A stretch of DNA of 64,000 nt from Patescibacteria group bacterium (GCA_028748975.1 JAQTPI010000002.1:51213-115212), one strand, 5' to 3'; positions 1 to 10,678 are shown, counted from the stretch's first letter. Program-made: numbers and translations. Notes: a model not told the origin generated them from the letters alone.

Positions 1-1950
1 ATGCCAATATATAACCACGACCATGAAAATGAAGTAACATATTTTGCCGCGACTAACTTCAGAAACCAGATGAAGAAATTTGGCATTAAAACCGATGACC
101 GCCGGCGGCATATGTATGTTTTGGGTAAAACCGGTTCAGGTAAAACCACCCTCTTGGCCAACATGGCCCTGCAGGATATTGAACGCGGCCACGGAGTCGC
201 CATCACTGACCCACATGGCGATGTTTTGAATTCGCTTTTGGATTTTATTCCGAGCAATCGCGTCAACGATGTGGTCTATTTTAATCCTTCAGACACCGAA
301 CACCCCATTGCCTTTAATGTTTTGGAAAACGTCAATCCGGACCATAAACATCTGGTGGCTTCGGGACTGATGAGTGTTTTTAAAAAGATTTGGGCCAATC
401 TGTGGTCGGCCAGAATGGAATATATTTTGAATAATACTATTTTGGCTCTTTTGGATTCTCCGGGCAATACGCTCCTCGGAATTATGCGCATGCTTTCGGA
501 CAAGGATTTTCGCAGAAAAATTGTGGATAACATCAATGATCCGGTGGTGAAATCTTTTTGGATTAATGAATACGCCAATTACAGCGATAAATTCCGGCAG
601 GAAGCCATCGCGCCAATCCAAAATAAGGTTGGCCAGTTTTTGTCTTCTTCTATTATTCGAAATATTGTCGGCCAGCCCAAGTCCACCATTGACCCGCGAA
701 AAATTATTGATGAGGGCAAGATTTTGCTTTTGGATTTGTCTAAAGGAAAAATTGGCGAAGATAATTCGGCACTACTGGGCGCGATGATGGTAACCAAGTT
801 GTGGCTCGCGGCGATGTCGCGGGTGGATATTCCAGAAAAAGAGCGGTTGGATTTTTATCTCTATGTTGATGAATTCCAGAATTTTGCCACCGAATCTTTT
901 GCCGACATTTTGTCGGAGGCGAGAAAATATCATTTGAATTTGCTAATCGCGCATCAATACATCAACCAGTTGATTTCGCCGGATTCCAAAAAAGTGAAAG
1001 AAGCGGTGTTTGGCAACGTGGGCACCTTGGTTTGTTTTCGGGTCGGCGCGGCTGACGCGGAAGAGTTGGTGACTGAATTTGAGCCGACTTTTGAAGAAAA
1101 TGATCTGGTTAACATCGGCAAGCATGAGATTTTTTTGAAATTAATGATTAATGGCATGGCCACTTCGCCCTTTACGGCCAAGACCTTGCCGCCATTGTCG
1201 CAGGGTAAAGAAAATGATAATCGTGATAAAATTATCGCGGTTTCGCGCGAACGCTATTCCAATCCGCGCGCGGAAGTGGAAGAAAGAATCGTGCGCTGGA
1301 GCGGCATGGAAAAAATGTTTAAAGGCACGGCGGAAGAAGAATATATCGACGAAGAAGAACTTGTTTTTAAAGAAGGCAAAGTTAAGAAAGAAAAACCCAG
1401 CGGGCCGAGTTTTAAGGCCTATTGCGATAATTGCGGCGCCACCACGGCGATTAATTTTATTCCGGATTTAAGCAAGGCGATTTTTTGCAAGAATTGTCTG
1501 CCGGAATTTAAGCGCGGCGCCATTGATCCTCGGAAATTGAAATCAAAAAATCCGCATCTGAAGGCGGAGATTGAGAAATATCAGAAGAGCTTAGTGACAG
1601 CGAATAGTGAAGAGGGAAGAGAGAAGAGCGAACCCGCTTCATCAGTGAGTAAACCGGAAACTGGAAATCAGAAAACAGAAATTGGAAATCAGAAACCAGT
1701 CGTTGCAATTAGTGAAGAGAGAATAGAGAAGAGTGAAAAGAAAATAGAAATTAAAAAGAAAGAAATTACACCGGAGCCGGCGCCAAAAAAAACCGCCAAG
1801 GCGAATTTTATGGCGGATAAAAGGGAAGAAGCGGAAGGGGTGAGTTTAGCGAATTTAAAAGATGATAATCGCGTAGTTGGTTTTAATAATCGGCGCGGTG
1901 GAACAGGAAAAAGTGTGAAGCCGGGGGAAGTGGTAAGGATTAAGGAATAG
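1..1950 (+). CDS. VirB4/TraG(VirD4)-like P-loop ATPase (CPR type IV secretion-related DNA transfer family) with C-terminal CxxC-x17-CxxC zinc motif
   Basis: Walker A GKTGSGKT, DPHGD, Walker B LYVDEFQNF, SEARKY, AHQY; CDNC...CKNC near the C-terminus; starts at base 1 so the 5' end cannot be verified. Confidence 0.85.
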   Translation: MPIYNHDHENEVTYFAATNFRNQMKKFGIKTDDRRRHMYVLGKTGSGKTTLLANMALQDIERGHGVAITDPHGDVLNSLLDFIPSNRVNDVVYFNPSDTEHPIAFNVLENVNPDHKHLVASGLMSVFKKIWANLWSARMEYILNNTILALLDSPGNTLLGIMRMLSDKDFRRKIVDNINDPVVKSFWINEYANYSDKFRQEAIAPIQNKVGQFLSSSIIRNIVGQPKSTIDPRKIIDEGKILLLDLSKGKIGEDNSALLGAMMVTKLWLAAMSRVDIPEKERLDFYLYVDEFQNFATESFADILSEARKYHLNLLIAHQYINQLISPDSKKVKEAVFGNVGTLVCFRVGAADAEELVTEFEPTFEENDLVNIGKHEIFLKLMINGMATSPFTAKTLPPLSQGKENDNRDKIIAVSRERYSNPRAEVEERIVRWSGMEKMFKGTAEEEYIDEEELVFKEGKVKKEKPSGPSFKAYCDNCGATTAINFIPDLSKAIFCKNCLPEFKRGAIDPRKLKSKNPHLKAEIEKYQKSLVTANSEEGREKSEPASSVSKPETGNQKTEIGNQKPVVAISEERIEKSEKKIEIKKKEITPEPAPKKTAKANFMADKREEAEGVSLANLKDDNRVVGFNNRRGGTGKSVKPGEVVRIKE

Positions 1951-1975
1951 GGATTAAGGAATATAAAAATTATAG

Positions 1976-2040
1976 AGGCGGTTCAATGGTCATTGGACCG
2001 CTTTTTGTTTATAAAAAAACCGCTCAAATGAGAGCGGTTT
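1976..2040. terminator. Back-to-back intrinsic terminators between convergent genes
   Basis: gcggttcaatg-gt-cattggaccgc followed by a T-tract (+); A-tract then accgctc-aaatga-gagcggt (-). Confidence 0.7.
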
Positions 2041-2055
2041 ATTATTGAAATATTG

Positions 2056-2475
2056 TTAACACAGATTTTTGGCCAGAGCGGTATATCTGATACGGGCAAA
2101 AAGCCATGATTTATCTGACAGGAACCAAAGCCACCAATTTTCATTCTCGCGTTCTTCTATATAATGTTTTACACGCCAGGGAATTTTGCTACATATTTTT
2201 TTGATTTCCAGCGGTGTCCCATTGAGATTTGTGCTGGTAGATACCAAAAAACTTTTGCCTGGTATAAAACACCCATCATTAACGGCAATCTTGCGTCTAT
2301 CATAAGTCGCGATTTTTCCATAAGCAGATTTTTCCAAAAGATTCGGATAATTGTGTTTGGATTCTGGCAAAGGATTTTGTGAGATTATTGTAGTATGATA
2401 TAAATACCTGGTAGTAAATAACCTGACGATTTTGTGGCGTGAGTCATAAACATAATATCTTTTTTTTCGTTCCAT
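2056..2475 (-). CDS. Hypothetical protein (orphan)
   Basis: 139-aa ORF with GAGG Shine-Dalgarno, upstream TTGACA-N17-TAAAAT promoter and its own terminator. Confidence 0.6.
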   Translation of the reverse strand: MERKKRYYVYDSRHKIVRLFTTRYLYHTTIISQNPLPESKHNYPNLLEKSAYGKIATYDRRKIAVNDGCFIPGKSFLVSTSTNLNGTPLEIKKICSKIPWRVKHYIEERENENWWLWFLSDKSWLFARIRYTALAKNLC

Positions 2476-2591
2476 TTTTGATACCTCTTTTGGTTTTTTT
2501 GGAACGTTTATTTGTGTTGAAGAGGTTCAAGTATGTTCATTTTAGCATGGTTGAATTTTTTTGTCAAATGGCGGATTTTATGCTAAATTTA

Positions 2592-2690
2592 GAATGCGAA
2601 TTAGTACAAATTTCGTGCGAATTTTGCGAACATAATATTTCGTGTTTATTCGCATAATTCGCAGGTAATTTGCCAATAATTCGTATATAA
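2592..2690. repeat. Inverted microsatellite arms (GCGAAT / ATTCGC type) with no gene between them
   Basis: gcgaat/gcgaac repeated on the left, attcgc/attcgt repeated on the right. Confidence 0.5.
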
Positions 2691-2692
2691 AT

Positions 2693-4624
2693 ATGCCTTC
2701 TAATCCCTTTCAAATTGAAGCCAGCCCGAGAAAAATTAAGAATCACCATTTGAGCCGTTTTGGCAGAGGTTCTGGCGGCGAAATTTTTGATTACAGCGGC
2801 GCCAAAGAGGGGCTGAAAGCCTCTATCAGTAATCGGCGAGTGGCTTATTTTTTTCTATTGGCCGCGGTAGTTGGGGCGGTGTTTTTGGGGCGTGTTTTTT
2901 ATTTGCAAATCATCCGGGGCGATTATTGGTTTCAAATTGCCGAGGGCAACCGCATTCGAGTGGAGGAAACTTTGGCGCCGCGCGGCATAATTTTTGACAG
3001 AGAGATGGAACCGTTGGTAAAAAATAAACCGAATTTTGTGTTGTCTTTTATACCGGCTGAATTTATCAATCAAAATTCGGAAGTGGAACCCTTTTTGAAA
3101 TTTTTAACAACAGAGATACCGGAAGTTAATGTTAATGAAGTTAAAGACGAAATTAGCCAAGCCAAACAATATTCGGGCGAAGACGAAGAAATTTTGGATA
3201 ACATTCCTTATGAACGGGCGCTCAGTTTGATGATGAAAATAAAAATTTGGCCGGAGTTGAGATTGTCATATTTTTCCAGCCGAAATTATGTGGCGGCTGA
3301 TTATGGACTTTCCAATGTTTTGGGTTATTTGGGAAAAATTGGACCGGAAGAGTGGCCAGGCTTAAAAAATCAGGGCTATCTTTTGATTGAGCGCGTGGGA
3401 AAAACCGGTTTGGAGCGTATTTATGAAAAAGAATTGCGCGGTAACCCAGGTGAAAAAAAGATAGAAGTGGATGTTAAGGGCAATATTAAAAAAATAATCA
3501 GCGAGAGCGAGCCGAAAAAAGGCGCCAATTTGGTCTTGGCTTTGGATGGAAATTTAAATCAGTTTTTAACAAGGCGTCTGTGCGCGGCGGCCGTGCCTTA
3601 CGGTGGCAAAGCCGCGGCCGTGGCGCTTAATCCCCAAAACGGAGAAATTTTAGCTTTGGTTTCCTGCCCGGTGTTTGACAATAATTTATTCAGTAACACC
3701 AAAATTAACAGTGAAAAAATAGAAGTGCTTTTAAATGACGCCAAACAGCCATTTTTTAATCGACCGATTCAGGGTGAATATCCGGCTGGTTCGGTTTTCA
3801 AACTGGTGATAGCGGCGGCGGGACTGCAGGAAAAAATTATTACTTCTTTGACAACGGTTTTATCGATTGGCGGATTAAAAATTGATCAATGGTTTTTTCC
3901 TGATTGGAAAGCTGGCGGGCATGGAATAACTAATGTTACTAAAGCCATTGCCGAGTCTATTAATACTTTTTTCTATTACGTGGGCGGAGGGTTTGATAAG
4001 TTTAGCGGTTTGGGTGTGGATAAAATTATTGAATATGCCAAAAAATTTCATTTTAATCAAAAATTAGGCATTGATTTGCCTGGTGAAAAGGAAGGATTTT
4101 TACCCAGTCGTGATTGGAAATTTCAGACTAAGGGCGAAGAATGGTATATTGGTGACACTTATCATCTAGCAATCGGACAGGGCGATTTGACCGTGACACC
4201 GCTTCAGGTTGCCGCCATGACTTCTTTTTTTGCCAATGGCGGAAGGCTCTATCAACCACACCTGGTCAAAGAATTTTTATTGGAGCGCGGAGAAAAACAA
4301 GAAGTTAAACCGATGATTTTGGAAAATGATATTATTGATCAAGAAAATATTGAGATTGTGCGGCGGGGCATGCGCCAAGCCGTGACCAGTGGCTCCGCTA
4401 AAATTCTTTTGGATTTACCGGTTAAGGCAGCGGCTAAAACCGGCACGGCCCAAGTTGGTGGTAATAAAAATCCACACGCTTGGTTTACTTCGTTTGCGCC
4501 ATTTGATAATCCAGAAATTGTTTTGACGGTTTTGATTGAGAATGGAGTGGAGGGAAGCGTGACGGCGGCGCCAGTGGTGAAGGATACTTTACAATTTTAT
4601 TTTAATAATAAAATTGTAAAGTAG
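2693..4624 (+). CDS. mrdA: Penicillin-binding protein 2
   Basis: N-terminal TM, RG.I.DR, SxxK (GSVFK), SxN (SIN) and KTG motifs. Confidence 0.92.
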   Translation: MPSNPFQIEASPRKIKNHHLSRFGRGSGGEIFDYSGAKEGLKASISNRRVAYFFLLAAVVGAVFLGRVFYLQIIRGDYWFQIAEGNRIRVEETLAPRGIIFDREMEPLVKNKPNFVLSFIPAEFINQNSEVEPFLKFLTTEIPEVNVNEVKDEISQAKQYSGEDEEILDNIPYERALSLMMKIKIWPELRLSYFSSRNYVAADYGLSNVLGYLGKIGPEEWPGLKNQGYLLIERVGKTGLERIYEKELRGNPGEKKIEVDVKGNIKKIISESEPKKGANLVLALDGNLNQFLTRRLCAAAVPYGGKAAAVALNPQNGEILALVSCPVFDNNLFSNTKINSEKIEVLLNDAKQPFFNRPIQGEYPAGSVFKLVIAAAGLQEKIITSLTTVLSIGGLKIDQWFFPDWKAGGHGITNVTKAIAESINTFFYYVGGGFDKFSGLGVDKIIEYAKKFHFNQKLGIDLPGEKEGFLPSRDWKFQTKGEEWYIGDTYHLAIGQGDLTVTPLQVAAMTSFFANGGRLYQPHLVKEFLLERGEKQEVKPMILENDIIDQENIEIVRRGMRQAVTSGSAKILLDLPVKAAAKTGTAQVGGNKNPHAWFTSFAPFDNPEIVLTVLIENGVEGSVTAAPVVKDTLQFYFNNKIVK

Positions 4625-4653
4625 TTTTTGCCCAACTTTTTATAATTGCAGAC

Positions 4654-4913
4654 GCCACTTTCTTTGGACAAAGATTTTCTTTCGTTCTTTTTTTAGAAAA
4701 AAGAACCAAAAAAGCGCCGCTGGCAAAAAAGCTTCCACAAAATCGGCTGCGTCCTCGCTAAACCCGTTAACTCCTTGTTCCGCCTCTCCGCCGGCTGGCG
4801 GATCGGCGGAACTTCGTCAGACAGAAGCGGGTTTTTCAGCGCTGCGGCACTGAATCGCTCCGACTTAGCTCGATTTTGTCTGGAACCTTTTTTGAGGCGG
4901 CAGTCGCAACGAC
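4654..4913. repeat. ~260-nt structured element, copy 1 (candidate ncRNA or MITE)
   Basis: Homologous to 18890-19139; nested stems with compensatory changes. Confidence 0.75.
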
Positions 4914-5016
4914 GGTTTATTTCTCGTGTTTTGTTAATTGTGTTTTGAGTTTTGTTTTAATGTTTTTATGTTTTAATGCTTTCATGGTATAATAAAGTAA
5001 ATAATTGTGAATATCT

Positions 5017-6264
5017 ATGCTTAAAAATAAAACAAAAGACGCAACCTTAAGATTTCCCAAAGGTTTTCTTTGGGGTACGGCCACCGCCGCTCATCAGGTG
5101 GAGGGAAATAATATCAATTCCGATTGGTGGCAATATGAAGAACAGGGAAAAATACTTTATCGCTCTGGGCGTGCCTGTGACAGTTATAATCGTTTTAAAG
5201 ACGATCATGATTTGATTGAAAAAATGAATAATAATGTTTATCGCTTGTCAATTGAATGGGCGCGGATTGAACCGGAAAAGGGAAAATTTGATCATGAGGC
5301 GATGAAACATTACGTGGAAGTTCTTTCTGATTTGAAGAAACGCGAGATAAAAGTCATGCTGACGTTGCATCATTTTTCCAGTCCCACCTGGATCGCCGCT
5401 TTGGGCGGCTGGGCCAATCATTTTGTGGCTATTTATTATTTTCGGCGTTATGCCAAATTTGTTTTGGAAAATGTCGGCGGTTTGGTTGATTTTTGGGTAA
5501 CCATCAACGAACCGGGGGTTTATACCGACCAGGGTTATGATAAGGGCATCTGGCCACCCATGCAGGTTAATTACTGGAAGGCATTTTTGTGTTATGTTAA
5601 TATGGCGTTCGCTCATCGCTTGGTCTATCGCCTGATTCATAAGAAAATTCGAAACGCGCAAGTGGGTTTGGCCATGAATGTGATGTCTTTTGCTTCTTAC
5701 CGCAAACACAAGCTGATGGAACTTCTTTTTGTCCATTTTGCCGACCGCTTTGTTAACCATTCTTTTTATGATTTAACCAAACACAAGCATGATTTTTTAG
5801 GTATTAACTATTATTTTCGCGTGCGTCTCAAACAAAAAGGCCACAGTTTGGTGCCAGAAGTGGAAGACGTGACCGAAGGCGAACGCGAACTTTCCGATGT
5901 CGGCTGGCTGATTTATCCGCATGGGCTTTATGATGTTTTAATGGATTTGGCCGATTTTAAAGAGCCGATTTATATCACCGAAAACGGTATCGCGGCGGAA
6001 GATGATACTAAGCGTGAAAAATTTATAGTCAATCATCTGGCGGAAATTTATCACGCCATCAAAGGCGGGGTGGATGTGCGCGGTTATTTTCACTGGTCGC
6101 TACTTGATAATTTTGAATGGGAAAAAGGCTTTAGTCCAAAATTCGGTTTAGCCAGCGTTGACCATAAAACTTTTGAGCGCAAACTTAAACCCAGCGGAAT
6201 TTTATATGGCGAAATCGCTAAGAATAATTGCATTGCGGAGGAATTGGTGAAGAAATATCAGTAA
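5017..6264 (+). CDS. Glycoside hydrolase family 1 (beta-glucosidase-like)
   Basis: FPKGFLWGTATAAHQVEG, TINEP acid/base, ITENG nucleophile, DNFEW. Confidence 0.92.
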   Translation: MLKNKTKDATLRFPKGFLWGTATAAHQVEGNNINSDWWQYEEQGKILYRSGRACDSYNRFKDDHDLIEKMNNNVYRLSIEWARIEPEKGKFDHEAMKHYVEVLSDLKKREIKVMLTLHHFSSPTWIAALGGWANHFVAIYYFRRYAKFVLENVGGLVDFWVTINEPGVYTDQGYDKGIWPPMQVNYWKAFLCYVNMAFAHRLVYRLIHKKIRNAQVGLAMNVMSFASYRKHKLMELLFVHFADRFVNHSFYDLTKHKHDFLGINYYFRVRLKQKGHSLVPEVEDVTEGERELSDVGWLIYPHGLYDVLMDLADFKEPIYITENGIAAEDDTKREKFIVNHLAEIYHAIKGGVDVRGYFHWSLLDNFEWEKGFSPKFGLASVDHKTFERKLKPSGILYGEIAKNNCIAEELVKKYQ

Positions 6265-6271
6265 TTTTTAT

Positions 6272-6390
6272 AAGCACCAAATCCCAAATTACAAAATACA
6301 AACAAATTTCAAATATCAAATTTCAAATTCTAAATAAATTGGCGCTCCGCGCCAACCGTTTGTAATTTGGTGCTTGTAATTTGTCATTTA
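6272..6390. repeat. Inverted microsatellite arms (CAAAT type) around a small GC hairpin
   Basis: aagcaccaaat...caaatttcaaat on the left; tttgtaatttggtgcttgtaatttg on the right; core ggcgctccgcgcc. Confidence 0.6.
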
Positions 6391-6397
6391 CTCTTTT

Positions 6398-7369
6398 ATG
6401 AGTTGGTTTCTCGTCGCCCTCATCGCTTACTTTCTAAACGCCGTTGCCATGACGGTGGATAAAACGCTTTTAAAAAAAGGCGGGATTAAAAATCCTGTCG
6501 TTTATACTTTTTATATCGCCGCTTTGGGTTCGGTTTTGATGCTTTTTGTAATTCCTTTTGGTTTTTTTGTGCCAGCAGTTATAACTGCCATCGCGGCGCT
6601 TATTTCCGGCGCGGTTTTTGCTTGGGCCTTGATTTTAATGTTTGACGCTTTAGGCAAAGATGACGCCACGCGCGTGACCGCGGCCATTGGCGGACTGGTG
6701 CCGGTTTTTGTTTTTATTTTGGCCTGGTTTGTTTTGGAAGAAGCGTTTTCCACGCGCCAAATAATTGCCGCCGTACTTTTAATTGCCGGCGCTTTTTTGA
6801 TGTCACTGGATTTTCAAACCCATGGCGCCCTGTCTTGGCTTAAAAAGAAATTGGGTTTAAGCCAAGGATTGATTTTGCCGCACATTCGCAAAGCGCTTTG
6901 GTTGGCGCTGCCTTCGGCCGCTCTTTTCGGCGTTTCTCATATTTTGACCAAATTTGTTTATAATAATACTACTTTTTTAAATGGTTTCATTTGGACGCGC
7001 CTGGGTTCTTTCGTGGTGGTGCTTTTGCTTTTATTTTCTGTTAAAAATCGCCGTGATCTGAAGAATAGTTTGAAAAGAAATAAAAAAGGAAAGTCCAGCG
7101 CGGAACAAAAAAAGTCCGGCTTGCGTTTTCTTTTTGGTCAGGCCTGCGGCGGGGCCTCCGCACTTTTACAACAGTATGCCATTTTTTTGGGTTCAGTGGC
7201 CTTGGTCAATGCTGTTTCCGGCGTGCAGTATGCCATAGTTTTCATTTTGGTTATCATTTTAACCAAAACCGCGCCGAAGCTCTTGAAAGAAAAATTGACA
7301 CGGGAGGTGGTGATTCAGAAAGTTTTGGCGATTATTATTATTGCCGCGGGACTTTATTTGATTAGATAG
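6398..7369 (+). CDS. EamA/DMT-family transporter
   Basis: About 10 hydrophobic helices in two repeats; typical N-terminal pattern A...VDK.LL. Confidence 0.8.
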   Translation: MSWFLVALIAYFLNAVAMTVDKTLLKKGGIKNPVVYTFYIAALGSVLMLFVIPFGFFVPAVITAIAALISGAVFAWALILMFDALGKDDATRVTAAIGGLVPVFVFILAWFVLEEAFSTRQIIAAVLLIAGAFLMSLDFQTHGALSWLKKKLGLSQGLILPHIRKALWLALPSAALFGVSHILTKFVYNNTTFLNGFIWTRLGSFVVVLLLLFSVKNRRDLKNSLKRNKKGKSSAEQKKSGLRFLFGQACGGASALLQQYAIFLGSVALVNAVSGVQYAIVFILVIILTKTAPKLLKEKLTREVVIQKVLAIIIIAAGLYLIR

Positions 7370-7377
7370 TTTCCCAA

Positions 7378-7496
7378 ACAACCCCTCCGTCCCGTTGCTA
7401 CGGGACACCTCCCCTTCGAAAGGGGAGGATAGTGACGGCGTTATCCCCTCCTTTCGAAGGAGGGGTGGCCGATAGCAATCGGCCGGGGTGGTTGTA
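7378..7496. repeat. REP-like hairpin doublet, family B (CCCCTCCTTTCGAAGGAGGGG)
   Basis: Near-identical copies at 33017-33140, 38163-38268 and 41828-41950; partial copies at 13077 and 44009. Confidence 0.85.
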
Positions 7497-7515
7497 AAAG
7501 ACAAATAATATTACT

Positions 7516-8235
7516 ATGACCATCTCCATCGTTATTCCTTGTTACAACGAAGAAGAAAATATTCCGCCGTGTTTGGTAGCGATTTTGGGGCAAACGGAGC
7601 CGCCGGAAGAGGTGATTTTTGTAAATAATAATTCCACCGATAATTCGCGCGCCGTGGCGGAAAGTTTTATGCCGAAGTTTCAAGAAAAAGGAATAAATTT
7701 TCAAATTTTTGATGTGGCGGAGCAGGGAATTGTGCCAGCAAGAATTGTCGGTTATGGAGCGGTAGAAAATGATTTAATTGGTTCAATAGACATAGATACA
7801 ATAATAGACAGAAATTGGGTAAAAACCGCGAAGAATTATTTTTTTAATAATTTAGAGATAGTCGGTTGTGGCGGACCATTATTTTTTTCCAATCGTGGTT
7901 TGGTGTCAAAAATTCGCCTCATGTTAAATTTTTTTCTTTATAAGATTATAAATAAGTCCCTAATCTTATGGGGATGCAACAGTATCTTTAGAAAAAATAT
8001 CTATAAAAATATTTCTGGTTTTAACGGTTATAATATATTTTTTTCCGCCCTACATCTTGATTATCCGTACAGTGATAATTTTTTGACGGAAAGATTCAGG
8101 AGATGCGGAAAAATATCTTTTATCTTTTCTTTGCGGGCTTCCGGCGTGGCGCGTGGTGGAATGGGGAGACCGTGGCGCCAATCAATAGATTTTTGGCGAA
8201 TAAAATATTATTTCTGGAAAAAATACAAAGTATGA
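7516..8235 (+). CDS. Glycosyltransferase family 2
   Basis: ISIVIPCYNEE, NNSTD, DID motif. Confidence 0.85.
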   Translation: MTISIVIPCYNEEENIPPCLVAILGQTEPPEEVIFVNNNSTDNSRAVAESFMPKFQEKGINFQIFDVAEQGIVPARIVGYGAVENDLIGSIDIDTIIDRNWVKTAKNYFFNNLEIVGCGGPLFFSNRGLVSKIRLMLNFFLYKIINKSLILWGCNSIFRKNIYKNISGFNGYNIFFSALHLDYPYSDNFLTERFRRCGKISFIFSLRASGVARGGMGRPWRQSIDFWRIKYYFWKKYKV

Positions 8236-9242
8236 AATTCAAACCTACTAAAACTCATTACACTATTTTTTTTGTCGTGGTGGCAGTTTTTGTGGCGATC
8301 ATTATTATCTCCAGTTGGAATTTTGGCGATGACCAGGAAATTATTTGGGGCGTGAATTTCAGCAAAAAACAGGCAGACAATTTAGGCGTGAATTGGAAAC
8401 TGGTCTATTGGAAAATGCTGGATGAATATAAATTTATAAAAATAATCAGGATGCCGATTTATTGGGATGAGGTGGAACAAGCCGCGGGCAAATACGTTTT
8501 TATGGATTATACCTGGATGATTGAAGAAGCGGCCAAAAAAAATATCAGTGTTATTCCAGTTTTGGGGCGCCGCGTGCCGCGCTGGCCAGAGTGCCACGAA
8601 CCCTGGTTTTATGGTTTAAAAAGTGAAGCAGAAAAAGAGCAGTTAATTTTAAATTTTGTGAGGGCGGAAGTGGAAGCTTTAAAAAAATATCCAAATGTAA
8701 TTCGCTGGCAAGTTGATAATGAACCGTTTTTGGACGTTTTTGGCGAATGTCCGGTGGGTAAAGATTTATTGGTACAAAAAGAAGTGGAGCTGGTGCGTTC
8801 ACTGGACAGCCGCCCCATTGTTATCACGGAGTCGGGCGAACTTTCCAGCTGGATGAAAGGCGCCAAATTGGCGGATGTTTTGGGCGTTTCTCTTTATCGT
8901 AAGACTTGGAATCCCAATTGGGGCTGGTTTCAATATCCACTGCCGCCGGCTTTTTATTATTACAAAGCAAAAATCGTGAAATTATTATCTGGTGTCAAGA
9001 AAATCATTAATACCGAATTGCAGGTGGAACCTTGGGCGCAAGACGGCGATTTGACCAAAATGCCTTTGGTGGACCAGCGTTATGCCATGGACTTAATCGG
9101 CGTAAAAAACAGCGTTAAGTTCGCCAAACACACCGGTTTTGACGAAATCTACCTTTGGGGTGTAGAATGGTGGTGGTGGCTGGGGCAGAAACAGGGGGAT
9201 TGGAGTTATTGGGAATTCGGCAAAACAATGAATAATGAATAA
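8232..9242 (+). CDS. Membrane-anchored clan GH-A TIM-barrel glycoside hydrolase-like protein
   Basis: ATG at 8232 overlaps the upstream stop (ATGA); N-terminal TM; YWDEVE, QVDNEP, TELQ motifs. Confidence 0.7.
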   Translation: MKFKPTKTHYTIFFVVVAVFVAIIIISSWNFGDDQEIIWGVNFSKKQADNLGVNWKLVYWKMLDEYKFIKIIRMPIYWDEVEQAAGKYVFMDYTWMIEEAAKKNISVIPVLGRRVPRWPECHEPWFYGLKSEAEKEQLILNFVRAEVEALKKYPNVIRWQVDNEPFLDVFGECPVGKDLLVQKEVELVRSLDSRPIVITESGELSSWMKGAKLADVLGVSLYRKTWNPNWGWFQYPLPPAFYYYKAKIVKLLSGVKKIINTELQVEPWAQDGDLTKMPLVDQRYAMDLIGVKNSVKFAKHTGFDEIYLWGVEWWWWLGQKQGDWSYWEFGKTMNNE

Positions 9243-9320
9243 TGAAAAATGAATAATGTGTTGTACTTTTAAAACTAAAAACAAGCCCGTCCCTTTGGGT
9301 CGAGGCAGGGAGGAAAAAAA

Positions 9321-9743
9321 ATGAAGAAATATCATATAGTTTTTATATTTTTATTTTTCTCCAATCTTAACGCCGCGCAAAATTCTAAAGAAAGTTTTTA
9401 TCCCTGGCGAGATATTAGAAGGGCACTGACAAAGCAACGATCCAACTCTTTGTCTGGCCAGACCAAAGTCTTAAAAGTAAATTACTCTTTACTTAAGGGA
9501 GCCAGTGATATTACCGAAACAGAGCGCTTAGTGATATTAGCAAAAGAATTTGGCCTGCCACAGTCAGTCATTGATGCGATGCTTTGGTTTTACGAAATAA
9601 ATCAGAATGTTCAGAAAATCAGAGCAACTAAATTTATCATCTGTCAAAACGAACGCTGGTGCGCCTATTTTATGGAAGCCGATAAATCCTTCAAGTATGA
9701 TTATGGTAAAATATTTCTTTCTTTAACCGTAGAATTTAAATAA
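9321..9743 (+). CDS. Hypothetical secreted protein (orphan)
   Basis: GGAGG Shine-Dalgarno; signal-peptide-like N-terminus. Confidence 0.6.
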   Translation: MKKYHIVFIFLFFSNLNAAQNSKESFYPWRDIRRALTKQRSNSLSGQTKVLKVNYSLLKGASDITETERLVILAKEFGLPQSVIDAMLWFYEINQNVQKIRATKFIICQNERWCAYFMEADKSFKYDYGKIFLSLTVEFK

Positions 9744-9757
9744 AAGAAGGAGGAACC

Positions 9758-9916
9758 ATGGAACGGCGAAAGTTTTTCAGACGGCTGGGCCATGGTAGTG
9801 CCCGGCCAACAAAGTGCCGTGTTTTTTCAAAAGCGGCAATAGGAGAAGAACTTATGATAAATTCATGGGTTGAAGATATGTTTTGTGGAGTTGAGGAAAA
9901 AGTTGACAAAAAATAG
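9758..9916 (+). CDS. Small hypothetical protein (52 aa)
   Basis: AGGAGG Shine-Dalgarno; translated by hand as MERRKFFRRL...VDKK. Confidence 0.4.
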   Translation: MERRKFFRRLGHGSARPTKCRVFSKAAIGEELMINSWVEDMFCGVEEKVDKK

Positions 9917-9937
9917 TATTTTTTAGAAGGAGGAAAA

Positions 9938-10183
9938 ATGAAGACCGATACTTTTTTGAGGATGGTTTATAATTTTTTAAAATCTTTATTCAAGTCAAAA
10001 AAACATCCAAAAACACGATCAGGGGAGAGCTATATAATAGCAGATACAAATTATATGGATGAATTGGAACCAACCACCAAATTTGGCGACATTGCCGAAG
10101 TTACTGACGCGCAAAAAAACGGTGAAGAAACCGGGGAAGTACAATATAATATCCATCTTTTAAAACTTCACTTGAATGAATGA
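9938..10183 (+). CDS. Hypothetical protein
   Basis: AGGAGG Shine-Dalgarno; part of a cluster of short orphan ORFs. Confidence 0.55.
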   Translation: MKTDTFLRMVYNFLKSLFKSKKHPKTRSGESYIIADTNYMDELEPTTKFGDIAEVTDAQKNGEETGEVQYNIHLLKLHLNE

Positions 10184-10195
10184 TTGGAGGAAAAA

Positions 10196-10423
10196 ATGAA
10201 AAAGAAGAATTGGCTTAAAAGAAAAATACGCAGATTTCTGTTTTTAAGCGCTCAAAGAAATAGAAGGCGCTTGGAAAGAAGTGTTACGCACAAAATAATA
10301 AAAAAGAGCTGGCCGGGTTTTTGGATTTCATCTAAGGACATAGGGCGGGCAAGGGTAGCTTTAGACAAAGAAGTCGCGCGGATTTGTAAAATCAAATGGC
10401 CGCCGGCTTGGTTGAAAATATGA
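10196..10423 (+). CDS. Basic hypothetical protein
   Basis: GGAGG Shine-Dalgarno before ATG at 10196. Confidence 0.5.
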   Translation: MKKKNWLKRKIRRFLFLSAQRNRRRLERSVTHKIIKKSWPGFWISSKDIGRARVALDKEVARICKIKWPPAWLKI

Positions 10424-10438
10424 AATAGGGAGGAAAAA

Positions 10439-10678
10439 ATGAATAAGAAAAAAGCGGATTTGGCAGACATGTCTTTTGAGGAATTTGAAAAGAAACACGG
10501 CATTAAGCCAATTTCAGAGAAACAGATGAAGGAATTTTTGAAAAGGAAGGGACGGCGGAGAATAAAGATTCTTACGGCCGAGAAAGTAATAAAAAACCGG
10601 CGGAATGTGGATAAATTTTTTCGTAAATTGGAAAAAGAAGAAAAGAAGGCAAGACAGAAAAGGAGAGGAAAAAGATGA
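10439..10678 (+). CDS. Basic hypothetical protein
   Basis: GGAGG Shine-Dalgarno. Confidence 0.5.
   Translation: MNKKKADLADMSFEEFEKKHGIKPISEKQMKEFLKRKGRRRIKILTAEKVIKNRRNVDKFFRKLEKEEKKARQKRRGKR

Noticed and set aside
1-1950. Conjugative element or ICE
   Set aside because: No relaxase, other type IV secretion genes or integrase are nearby; solitary ATPases of this kind are common in CPR chromosomes
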